A DNA stretch of 64,000 nt from Vulcanimicrobiota bacterium. Lineage in GTDB: Bacteria; Vulcanimicrobiota; Xenobia; Xenobiales; JADMJV01. A model generated the notes under the pieces. It was given only the letters and a program-made list of their open reading frames with translations, ran no database searches and was not told where the DNA came from. The position numbers were made by a program, and so were the translations under genes. The stretch lies in contig JBFWNU010000008.1 of NCBI GenBank assembly GCA_050250895.1, forward strand, positions 64,001 to 128,000. Reading direction: 5' to 3'. Numbering within the stretch: position 1 is the stretch's first letter; every line of letters begins with the position of its first letter. Below, piece by piece: positions 32,917 to 41,221 of this stretch.

Positions 32917-33001
32917 CCCATTGGGATGTCCCTCCAGGTGCCTGGCGAGTCTTCGGCCGACCTTCGATCTCGATTAAGCTAGAGGGGAAAGGAGGCTTTC
33001 A

Positions 33002-33394
33002 ATGCTGATTTCTGTTTTTGAAACCCGAACCGGCGCCCGCCGGGTTCTGGCCGAGCTGACCTCGCGCGGCTTCGACCAATCTTCGATGTCGATCCTTACG
33101 AGGAATCAGAGGCCCATACCGGTAGAACTGCCTGACCGCTATCGTAGCGCTCTGGGGCGTGGGCAGGTGTTGTTGCTGGCCGAGGCCGAGCCCGCTCAGA
33201 TTCGTCAAGTTCGTTCCCTGTTGCCGGCGGACACCGAGGTGGTGAACGCCGAGGACCTGCGTCCGGCAGCGGCAGGAAAGGATTGGGGCCTGGTTGAGGA
33301 GATTGGCTGGGAATCGTTTCCGGCCAGCGACCCGCCGGGCTCGTACGCCTTTGGCCGGCGTCCCGAGACCCGCGATCCTCATCCGCCCAATTAG
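33002..33394 (+). CDS. Hypothetical protein with C-terminal ESFPASDPP motif
   Basis: AAGGAGG RBS; ...EEIGWESFPASDPPGSY. Confidence 0.7.
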   Translation: MLISVFETRTGARRVLAELTSRGFDQSSMSILTRNQRPIPVELPDRYRSALGRGQVLLLAEAEPAQIRQVRSLLPADTEVVNAEDLRPAAAGKDWGLVEEIGWESFPASDPPGSYAFGRRPETRDPHPPN

Positions 33395-33505
33395 TCCACC
33401 AAACCCAAATGCGCCCGGTGTTGTTGCCGGGCGCATTTCTGTGTACAAAAAAGAGACGAGCTCGTTTCCGAGCTCGTTCTGGCCGCCCCCTTGCGACGAT
33501 TACGG

Positions 33506-34144
33506 TCACACATCCAGCTGAGGGTGATTGTCAAAGCCTGCGATGAAATCGTGACGCGCCACCAGAATGGCGGCCAGCAGGACGTAGGCCAACAGCACCG
33601 GTGTGGCCGGGCTGGGGGGACCCAGCAGCAGGACCGAAAGATAAGCGAGGGTGATGACAGCGCAATCGAAGGCGGTCTGCCGAGTGTCGGCCGAGGTGGC
33701 CTGGGCGGCGGCGAAGACGGCCGTGAAAAAGGCAACGGCCCACAGCGTCGTTACCCACAGCGCGGCTACCGACACGGCCAGGGGGTCGAATTGGTTCCAG
33801 ACCATGATAGGCAGCGAGAGGATCAGCGGCAGGGCCACGTAACGGAACGTGATCAGCCCCAGCGCGTCAACCACGGCCGCACCCGACACGGTCGTTTGGC
33901 GAATGCAGGCGAAGATGCCTCGAGAGTAAACCGAACGCACGGCATAGCCGAAATAGACGCAGGCTGCCAGGGCGGCGGCGCCGGTGGCCAGCATCCAGGT
34001 GGCCAGGCCTTGCAGACCGGGTGCGGTCGCGAGGATCAGGGCGGGGGGGAGAAAGATGACGGCGACAGCGGGCAACTCGCGCCGTTTAATGCGAGTAAGC
34101 ACCTCGGCCACCGATTGGGTCTGAAGCAGGTGATTGCGGGACAA
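33506..34144 (-). CDS. Hypothetical integral membrane protein
   Basis: AAGGAGG before TTG; about 6 hydrophobic segments. Confidence 0.7.
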   Translation of the reverse strand: MSRNHLLQTQSVAEVLTRIKRRELPAVAVIFLPPALILATAPGLQGLATWMLATGAAALAACVYFGYAVRSVYSRGIFACIRQTTVSGAAVVDALGLITFRYVALPLILSLPIMVWNQFDPLAVSVAALWVTTLWAVAFFTAVFAAAQATSADTRQTAFDCAVITLAYLSVLLLGPPSPATPVLLAYVLLAAILVARHDFIAGFDNHPQLDV

Positions 34145-34358
34145 GAGAGGCCTCCTTGATAGGATTGGCGGCTTGAAGCCACTTTCTTCAAGCCTATCAT
34201 CGGCAGGTCGTGCCGTTTCAGATGCACCCGGCTAGCCGGGGCCCATCCAAACGGATAGTCAACCGGGGGATACTCCCACGGGATGGGGCGACCGGATTCG
34301 CCTGGAGATGTCGCTGAAGGGCTGCCGGGCGCTAGCCTGAGGGTAGGAGGACCATCCC

Positions 34359-34721
34359 ATGAAATTTCTGCTAGCTTTTATCATCGCCTGGGTGCTCAAC
34401 GCCCTGGCCCTCGGCCTGGCGGCCGCAATCGTTCCGGGAGTGCGGGTCAAGAGTGTCAAGGGAGCCATGTTGGGAGCCCTGGCCCTGGGGTTCATCTCGA
34501 CGGTGGTGGCCCCCATCGTGACTTTCCTTTCGCTACCACTGACGGTACTGACCCTCGGCCTGTTCTTGTTCGTGCTGGTAGGACTTCTTTTCTGGCTGGG
34601 GGCCGGACTGGTGCCAGACTTCGAAGTCGATGGCTGCCTGTCGGGATTTCTCGGCGCCGTGGTGCTGAGCCTCATCAACTGGGGGCTGAGTCTTTTCATC
34701 AACTACTCTGGTTGGTGGTAA
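34359..34721 (+). CDS. YvlD/DUF360 family 4-TM membrane protein
   Basis: AGGAGG RBS; LSLPLTVLTLGLFLFV and GAVVLSLIN motifs. Confidence 0.88.
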   Translation: MKFLLAFIIAWVLNALALGLAAAIVPGVRVKSVKGAMLGALALGFISTVVAPIVTFLSLPLTVLTLGLFLFVLVGLLFWLGAGLVPDFEVDGCLSGFLGAVVLSLINWGLSLFINYSGWW

Positions 34722-34744
34722 GGAATGCATAAGCTCGCCTCGAC

Positions 34745-34984
34745 CGCGGCTTGACGGGAGCATCGAGAACGTATGGTCCGGAGCGTAACTGGAGGGTTGG
34801 CGGCGTTCTCGCTGCTCCCTATCGGCGCTTCGCGCCGCGCCGCTGGGCCGACTCCTTATGAGCGTCGGCCCAGTCGCGGCTTGACGGGAGCATCGAGAAC
34901 GTATGGTCCGGAGCGTAACTGGAGGGTTGGCGGCGTTCTCGCTGCTCCCTATCGGCGCTTCGCGCCGCGCCGCTGGGCCGACTC
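34745..34984. repeat. Two identical 110-bp structured direct repeats (period 130 bp)
   Basis: 34745-34854 is identical to 34875-34984; internal inverted repeat matching 15/16 bp (34756-34771 with 34804-34819). Confidence 0.92.
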
Positions 34985-35750
34985 AGTCGATGAGGCGGGC
35001 GCGGAAGTTTTTGGCGCCGAGCTTGAGCACTAAGGAGTGGGGGAGGACGGCACCCAACCTGGCCAATACGGTGTTGGCCAGACCCGTGATCACCTCGCGC
35101 CGGCCCGAGAAGAGGGCGTCCAGACCCTGGCGAGCTACCTCTTCGGCGGCCATTCCGGTGGTCGCGAAGAGTTCCTTGCCGCGCGGCTTGGCCCGCTTGC
35201 CAAAACCGGTGATGGTGGGGCCCGGGTTGAGACAGCACACCTTGACGCCGTATTCCTCATATTCGTGCGAGAGAGCCAGGCTCAGGCTGCGAACGAAAGC
35301 TTTGGTAGCCGCGTAGTTGGCAAAGTAGGGAAGGGGAAAAAAGCCGGCCGTGGAGGCGACATTGAGAATGTAGCCGCGGCCGGCTTCGCGCATGCTCTGC
35401 CCGAATAGGGCGCACAGCTCGCTCAAGGCAACCATGTTGAGCTGGCACATCCCGGTCAGGGTAGAAAGCTGAAGGTTCTCGTGGCGGATCACCTTGCCAA
35501 ACCCGGCATTGTTGACCAGCACCTCGATTTCGAGCTCTCGCTCGCGGCAGGCCTCAAAGAGCTGGCGCGCCGCGCCGGGTTGAGCGAGATCCAGGGGGAT
35601 GACGGTGGCTCCGTAGGGCAAGGCTTCGGCCAGAGCTTGCATCGGCTCGGCGGTGCGCGCGGTCAAGATCAGGTGGTAGCCGCGCTGACCCAATAGTTTA
35701 GCCATTTCTAGCCCGATGCCCGAAGAGGCACCGGTGACCAGGGCTCTCAC
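34983..35750 (-). CDS. SDR family oxidoreductase
   Basis: TGASSGIG, NNAGFG, YAATK. Confidence 0.93.
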   Translation of the reverse strand: MRALVTGASSGIGLEMAKLLGQRGYHLILTARTAEPMQALAEALPYGATVIPLDLAQPGAARQLFEACRERELEIEVLVNNAGFGKVIRHENLQLSTLTGMCQLNMVALSELCALFGQSMREAGRGYILNVASTAGFFPLPYFANYAATKAFVRSLSLALSHEYEEYGVKVCCLNPGPTITGFGKRAKPRGKELFATTGMAAEEVARQGLDALFSGRREVITGLANTVLARLGAVLPHSLVLKLGAKNFRARLID

Positions 35751-38700
35751 TTTTCAGCCCATTCCTGGGCCTTCTCGACCGCGCCCACGGCGGCCCCGGT
35801 CAATAGACCAGCCAGAGCCCCGGTGATGGCCCCCACCGGGGCTCCCACCAATCCGGCCAGAAAATGCCCCACCAGTCCGGCCAGTTTGCGATGGGTCACC
35901 AGTCCCGGCGTCTCGGCGGGAGCGATCATCGCCGGATTAGCGATGCGTGCGTAGCGCTTTCTGGCTTCGGCAATTGTCTCGGCCTTCTTCGGCTCTTTGG
36001 CGGCCGGGGCGTGGGTGGGGGCCGGGGCGGGCGCCTGAGCCTCGGCGTCGGGGCTGGGCACGGGCGGATTGAGCGCTTGTTCGATGGCTCGTTTGTTGGG
36101 CGAATAGTCCTGGTCGAGCGAACGACCGGTGGCGCCGGCAAACCCCCCGGCTACCACTCCCGAGGCGAGACCGAGGGCCCCACCCACCAGCGCGCCCACC
36201 ACGCCACCAGCCACACCCTTGACGGTGTGACTCAGGCGGGCCAACAGGCCGGGGTCGACGGTCGACGGCTGCTTGCTGGTGAGAAATTCTTGTTCGGTTC
36301 TGGCCACCTGCTCGAGGTTGATGGCCTCGAGCTTCTCGACCTGGGCGATATTCTGACGCCCGACTTCTTGATAGAGACGGGACTCGGCGATCTCATAGGC
36401 CGAGCGCTGGTCGCCGACGCTCATGATGAGTTTGAGAAAGTCGGTGTATCTGGTCGTTTGCAGCAAATCGGTGGGCAAGCCCTGGCGGAACGGGTACTCG
36501 TGCGGGGTCAGGGGCAAGTTGAGCGACGGCCCTTCGCGACCCTCGTAATCTTGGGTCGTCTCTTGCGAGATGACCTGGGCCCGGACCGCGTCGGCCAGTT
36601 GGCGGCCCGCTTCGCGCACGGCTTGGGGCAGGCGACGGTCCTCGCTGGTCCGCTGGGCAACCTGGATGACATCTCTGAGGGTCGACCCGATGCCGGGTCC
36701 GCCGGCCGGGTGAATGTTGTAGGTGGGACAGTGTTGGATGACGTCCCGCAGGTCACGAGCGCAGCCGGGGTTGGCCAGGCAAGCCTCGAAGAAGCCTTCC
36801 AGCGCTTGGCGCGCCGCTTCGTTCTTTTTGGGGTCCAGGTCGTAAGAGCCGTAAATCAGCGCGCTTCGGCGGTTGGCCTTGCCTTCGCTAAAGCCGGTGG
36901 CCTGCATGGCCACCTCGACCATCTTCTTGCCGAAGCTGACCGAGTCGGCGTCGGCCGTGGTCGGGTCGTTCATGTAGTCGAGGGTGGGCTTGTGGTAGAG
37001 TTCGTCCAGCAAGTTCTCGGGCGAAGCCGAGAGCACTTCGACATCGCCACGACGAGCCAGTTCGTCTACCAGCGAAGTGTTGGCCATCAGGCAACTGGCC
37101 ATGACCAGGTTCTGGATCTTGGGGCGCTTGCCCGTCTCCTGGGTGATGCGATCGAGGGCCGAGCTGATTGCCTGGGCGAAGTCACCCACCGGGATATTGG
37201 CCACCCGATCGCCTTTGAGGTCGTCGACCACGCCCAGCTCGGCTCCGCCGTGACCAAACACCATCAGCCGAATGTTGTTGCGGTCGGGAAAGTCCTTGAC
37301 CGCGTTGTAGACGAAGTCTTCAAAGGTCTTGGCGTCACCCATCGAGGTGCTCGGGCTGAGTCGCTTGAGCGGCTCGAGTTGGCCCGGCTGGACGTAGTCC
37401 ATCCGAAGCGAGTTCTTGGCGAACAGGTCGGCATGCATCATTACCACATCGGTCTGTTCGGAGGATCCCTGTTCTTTGAGCTTGAGCACGGCATCATCGT
37501 AGTAGATGAATTTGCCGGTCGGGTCGTGCAGCGGGTGGTGATAGACCAGGAACAGGTTCGTCTTCGGCACCGATGGGTCGATGCGGGGACGGTCGACCTT
37601 TTGTAAAGGGGCTAGCTGATCCAGCTCGCGAGCGTTGAGACTTTTGAGCTGGCCGTCAGGTTGCTCGAGAAAGATCCGAGTGCCAGCGGAGAGGAGCTGG
37701 TTGGCTTCGACCGGGTCGATGGCCCGGGTGCTGTTGCCGCCGGCCGGCCCCCAGATGCGGCAGCCACGCTGCTCGAGTTCTACAAACTGACGGGCACGTT
37801 GAAAGTCTCTCTCGCTGCCGACGGCTCGATAGCTTTCGGTGAGGAACTGCTCGGGGTTGTTGCAAGCCACCATGTCGCCGCCGGGGGTCAGGATGGCGGC
37901 TTCGTGCCCGCTGTTGAGAGCGACCACCATCTGCTCGGGGGTGGCTTTGAGCAGGGCCCCCTTGAAGTCGCCCTGGGTATGGCGAATGAACATGATGCCG
38001 CCAGCCTTGTTCACATTCTGGCCGGCTGTCTCGAGCCGGAAGGTCTGATAGCTTGTCTGGCCGCGTTTTTCGGAAAGCAGTTTGAGTTCTTCGAGCGTCA
38101 ACAGGGACGGATAGTGGGGCATGTCTCCGGCGGTCAGCACTCGGGCCGAGCGACCTTCGGACAGATCCTCGAGCATCTTCTTGTGGGCCAATACGGGGCT
38201 GGTCTCCGCGGTTTCGACCTTCCGAGCATTCCACTGGGTCTCGATGTCGCTCCAGTATTTTCCGCCGTAGTCGGTCACCAGCATGTCGTCGGGATAATCG
38301 ATGTTGGGCATCACCAACACACCCTGGCCGGCAAGTTGGTCGAGTAACTTGACGGTAGAGACCTGTTCGGGACTGGCTTGTGAGGCCTCCAGGTGGCCGT
38401 TGCGGCCAAGCTCTTGCGTGCGGCCGTCAGCGTCGACGCAGCGTAGCTTCTCGCCCCGCGCCAGCAAGATCGCCGCCCCGGCCGCGTCGGTGCGCATCCA
38501 GTTGTCGTGGGTGCGCACCGGCAAAAAGCCCATGACCTTGTCGCCCTGAAGCGGGAAGAAGAGGGTAGTGCCGCTGTCTTCGGCTGCCTTGAGTTCTTGA
38601 TAACGCTGGGCCAGAGCCGGCGGCGCCTCGCCCCCGCTGGTCAGGGCGGTGTAATTCTTGACCTCGTCGAGGTTGGCGAACGCGCCCACCACGGTGTGGG

Positions 38701-38995
38701 GGCGAGCGATGCGAACCAGGCCGACCTGACCCTTTTGCCAGGCCTCGGACAGGTTCTTTTCCTGGTCGCCGGTGAGCCCGGCTCCGCTGTTGGTCAGCTC
38801 GCTTAAGGCCTGGCCGAGGGGTGACTGTTTTACCGGGGGCGGGGGGGGAGGGGCGGGGCGAGCTGAACCGGCCGCGATATCCAAAAGGTTATCGACCAGA
38901 TCGACCGGCATGTTGGTCGTCTCTGGCGCCTGGGCTCGCCGAGTCGGGGGGGTCGGGAGCGCTTTGGGAGTATCGGGTCTGATCCCATCGAGCAC
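35747..38995 (-). CDS. Large protein with clostripain-like (C11, clan CD) cysteine peptidase domain and C-terminal glycine zippers
   Basis: SMGDAKTFEDF, LMVFGHGG (His), LVMASCLM (Cys) and ASPE follow the clostripain pattern; GxxxG-rich hydrophobic tails. Confidence 0.7.
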   Translation of the reverse strand: MLDGIRPDTPKALPTPPTRRAQAPETTNMPVDLVDNLLDIAAGSARPAPPPPPPVKQSPLGQALSELTNSGAGLTGDQEKNLSEAWQKGQVGLVRIARPHTVVGAFANLDEVKNYTALTSGGEAPPALAQRYQELKAAEDSGTTLFFPLQGDKVMGFLPVRTHDNWMRTDAAGAAILLARGEKLRCVDADGRTQELGRNGHLEASQASPEQVSTVKLLDQLAGQGVLVMPNIDYPDDMLVTDYGGKYWSDIETQWNARKVETAETSPVLAHKKMLEDLSEGRSARVLTAGDMPHYPSLLTLEELKLLSEKRGQTSYQTFRLETAGQNVNKAGGIMFIRHTQGDFKGALLKATPEQMVVALNSGHEAAILTPGGDMVACNNPEQFLTESYRAVGSERDFQRARQFVELEQRGCRIWGPAGGNSTRAIDPVEANQLLSAGTRIFLEQPDGQLKSLNARELDQLAPLQKVDRPRIDPSVPKTNLFLVYHHPLHDPTGKFIYYDDAVLKLKEQGSSEQTDVVMMHADLFAKNSLRMDYVQPGQLEPLKRLSPSTSMGDAKTFEDFVYNAVKDFPDRNNIRLMVFGHGGAELGVVDDLKGDRVANIPVGDFAQAISSALDRITQETGKRPKIQNLVMASCLMANTSLVDELARRGDVEVLSASPENLLDELYHKPTLDYMNDPTTADADSVSFGKKMVEVAMQATGFSEGKANRRSALIYGSYDLDPKKNEAARQALEGFFEACLANPGCARDLRDVIQHCPTYNIHPAGGPGIGSTLRDVIQVAQRTSEDRRLPQAVREAGRQLADAVRAQVISQETTQDYEGREGPSLNLPLTPHEYPFRQGLPTDLLQTTRYTDFLKLIMSVGDQRSAYEIAESRLYQEVGRQNIAQVEKLEAINLEQVARTEQEFLTSKQPSTVDPGLLARLSHTVKGVAGGVVGALVGGALGLASGVVAGGFAGATGRSLDQDYSPNKRAIEQALNPPVPSPDAEAQAPAPAPTHAPAAKEPKKAETIAEARKRYARIANPAMIAPAETPGLVTHRKLAGLVGHFLAGLVGAPVGAITGALAGLLTGAAVGAVEKAQEWAEK

Positions 38996-39078
38996 CCTGT
39001 CAGATTAGACGCCATGCCTGAAAAATCCCTTAACATAAAGGCTTCGATCGGACAGGGATGGGGAAAATGTTACATCTA

Positions 39079-39675
39079 TCAGCCGCGAAGATCGACCGCC
39101 GGGGCCACGCCTTGCTCGAGGCGGCGTAACTCTTCGCGGTATTGGTCGAGCGTCTGGCGTAGATAAACCATGCGGTGCTCGAGGTCGCCCTTGGCGTAAT
39201 ACAGCTCTTGATGGCGGGTGGTCTTGGTGCGCAGGTCGGTCTCGAGGTCCGAGTGGCGGTAACGGGCGCGGGAGAGGGAGTCCTCGACCCGCCAGATTTC
39301 GTCATTGAGCCGCCAGACCACATCGTTCCAATAGGCTCTCTCTTCGGGAGTTTCGGCGTAGCGGCGCTTCTCTTTGGCGTGGTGGCGCTTGGCCTCGAGG
39401 GTTTGCAGTTGACTGGTGAGGTTGTTGATCTGATAGCCCAGGGTCGACATCTCGGAGCGGATGCGATCCATCGCGTAGGTCAGCTGGGTCATCTCGCTTT
39501 CCATGTTCTGCTTGTTGGCTTGCATGTTGGAAAGCTCGTAGGAGATGCGCGAGATCTCGCTCCGAAGCCACTGCTTGCGCTGTTCGCGTTGCCAGTCGCC
39601 GTTTTCGACCCGGTCGGGCTCGGTCGGCCTGGCGGGTTGTCTGGTGGGCATGGCCCGCTTTGTAAGTGTATCCAT
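39079..39675 (-). CDS. Coiled-coil hypothetical protein
   Basis: Heptad pattern over about 160 aa after a P/R/T-rich leader; start uncertain. Confidence 0.7.
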   Translation of the reverse strand: MDTLTKRAMPTRQPARPTEPDRVENGDWQREQRKQWLRSEISRISYELSNMQANKQNMESEMTQLTYAMDRIRSEMSTLGYQINNLTSQLQTLEAKRHHAKEKRRYAETPEERAYWNDVVWRLNDEIWRVEDSLSRARYRHSDLETDLRTKTTRHQELYYAKGDLEHRMVYLRQTLDQYREELRRLEQGVAPAVDLRG

Positions 39676-39843
39676 GACAATCATGCTGGCCAGCATAGAG
39701 CAATCAGGTGCCGAGGTCTTTGCCAGCTTGTTGCCGGCTGGCAAACCAGCCTGGCGGGCGGCTTCGAGCCTGGTGCGGAAGGCTTTGCCGGCCAGTGGGC
39801 AGGGCAGGAATCCTTGGCTTGAAGGGCGCAGAGCCCCAAAGAT

Positions 39844-41220
39844 ATGGGTGTTTGCGACTACGACTTACTGGTTATCGGAGGCGGCTCGGGCGGCATCGGC
39901 GCGGCCCGACGGGCGAGCGAGTATGGCGCTAGAGTGGCCGTTTGCGAGCAATGGCAATATGGCGGTACCTGTGTTCACCGCGGTTGCATTCCCAAGAAGC
40001 TGATGGTCTACGCGGCCGAGTTCGCCGAGTCGTTGCGGTTGGCTCAGGCTTATGGCCACCAGGTCGAAGGCTGCTCGTTCTCGTGGTCTGACCTGATTGC
40101 CGCCAAGGACAAAGAACTCGAGCGACTCAACGGCTTTTACAACCAGACGCTCGACAACAACAAGATTGCCAAGCTGCAGGGTTACGCCCGCCTGCTCGAC
40201 CCTCACACCGTCGAGCTCGAGGGCAAACGGTATACCGCCGAGCGCATTCTGATCGCCGTGGGGGCCCGACCATGGACTCCCGAGTTTCCCGGGCGCGAGC
40301 TGTGTGTCACCTCGCGCGAGGCCTTCCATCTCGCCGAGCAGCCGAAGCGCGTTTTGGTGGTGGGCAGCGGCTACATCGGGGTCGAGTTTGCCGGCATCTT
40401 CAACGGTTTGGGTTCCGAGACTCATCTGATGTTTCGCAGTTCCAAGGTCTTGCCTGACTTCGATCAGGACATCCGCGACTCTCTCCAGGAAGAGATGGCC
40501 AAACGCGGCGTCATCTTTCATACCGGGGCGCGTATCAACGAGGTCAAACAGGGGGGGGCGTGCCTGCAGGTCGAGACCGATGGCGGGCAGACCCTCGAGG
40601 TCGACTGCGTGATGCTGGCCACCGGACGGGTGCCGGCCACGGCCGGTATAGGGCTGGAAGAGATCGGGGTCAAGCTGGGCCAGAACCGAGCCGTGGTTGT
40701 CGACGACCACTGGCGAACCAACCTCGAGAACGTCTACGCCATCGGGGATTGTATAGACCGAGTTCAGTTGACGCCGGTGGCCATTGCCGAGGGTCGGGCC
40801 CTGGCCGAGAACCTTTACAATCAGAACGCGGTGGCCGTCAGTTATGACAACATCCCCACGGCCGTCTTCTCCATCCCTCCCGTGGGGACCGTCGGGCTTT
40901 CCCAAGAGCAGGCGCAGAAGCGTTGCTCGGCCGGGGTCGATATCTATCGGGCTCGCTTTCGGCCGATGAAGTACACTCTTCCCGACAAAGACACCAAAGC
41001 CATGCTAAAGCTGGTGGTCGACCGCGGCAACCAGCGGGTGGTAGGGTGTCATATGGTGGGCGAACCGGCTTCTGAATTGATCCAGGCTCTGGCGGTTTGC
41101 GTGGTTTGTGGGGCCACCAAGACAGACTTCGACCGCACCATCGCGGTGCACCCCAGCACGGCTGAAGAATTCGTGCTGATGCGGCGTCCGTCCGAGAGCC
41201 TTGAACCTCTAGGAGTATAG
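39844..41220 (+). CDS. gor: Glutathione-disulfide reductase
   Basis: GGGSGG, GGTCVHRGCIPKK, GSGYIGVEFA, LTPVAIAEG, HPSTAEEF. Confidence 0.9.
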   Translation: MGVCDYDLLVIGGGSGGIGAARRASEYGARVAVCEQWQYGGTCVHRGCIPKKLMVYAAEFAESLRLAQAYGHQVEGCSFSWSDLIAAKDKELERLNGFYNQTLDNNKIAKLQGYARLLDPHTVELEGKRYTAERILIAVGARPWTPEFPGRELCVTSREAFHLAEQPKRVLVVGSGYIGVEFAGIFNGLGSETHLMFRSSKVLPDFDQDIRDSLQEEMAKRGVIFHTGARINEVKQGGACLQVETDGGQTLEVDCVMLATGRVPATAGIGLEEIGVKLGQNRAVVVDDHWRTNLENVYAIGDCIDRVQLTPVAIAEGRALAENLYNQNAVAVSYDNIPTAVFSIPPVGTVGLSQEQAQKRCSAGVDIYRARFRPMKYTLPDKDTKAMLKLVVDRGNQRVVGCHMVGEPASELIQALAVCVVCGATKTDFDRTIAVHPSTAEEFVLMRRPSESLEPLGV

Positions 41221-41221
41221 T

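Noticed and set aside
34359-34721. Phage holin / lysis cassette
   Set aside because: The YvlD family is a widespread chromosomal membrane protein; no endolysin is adjacent
34745-34984. Mini-CRISPR, tRNA pair or repeated peptide ORFs
   Set aside because: Repeat too long with a single 20-bp spacer; no T-loop/cloverleaf or CCA; the ORFs lack an RBS
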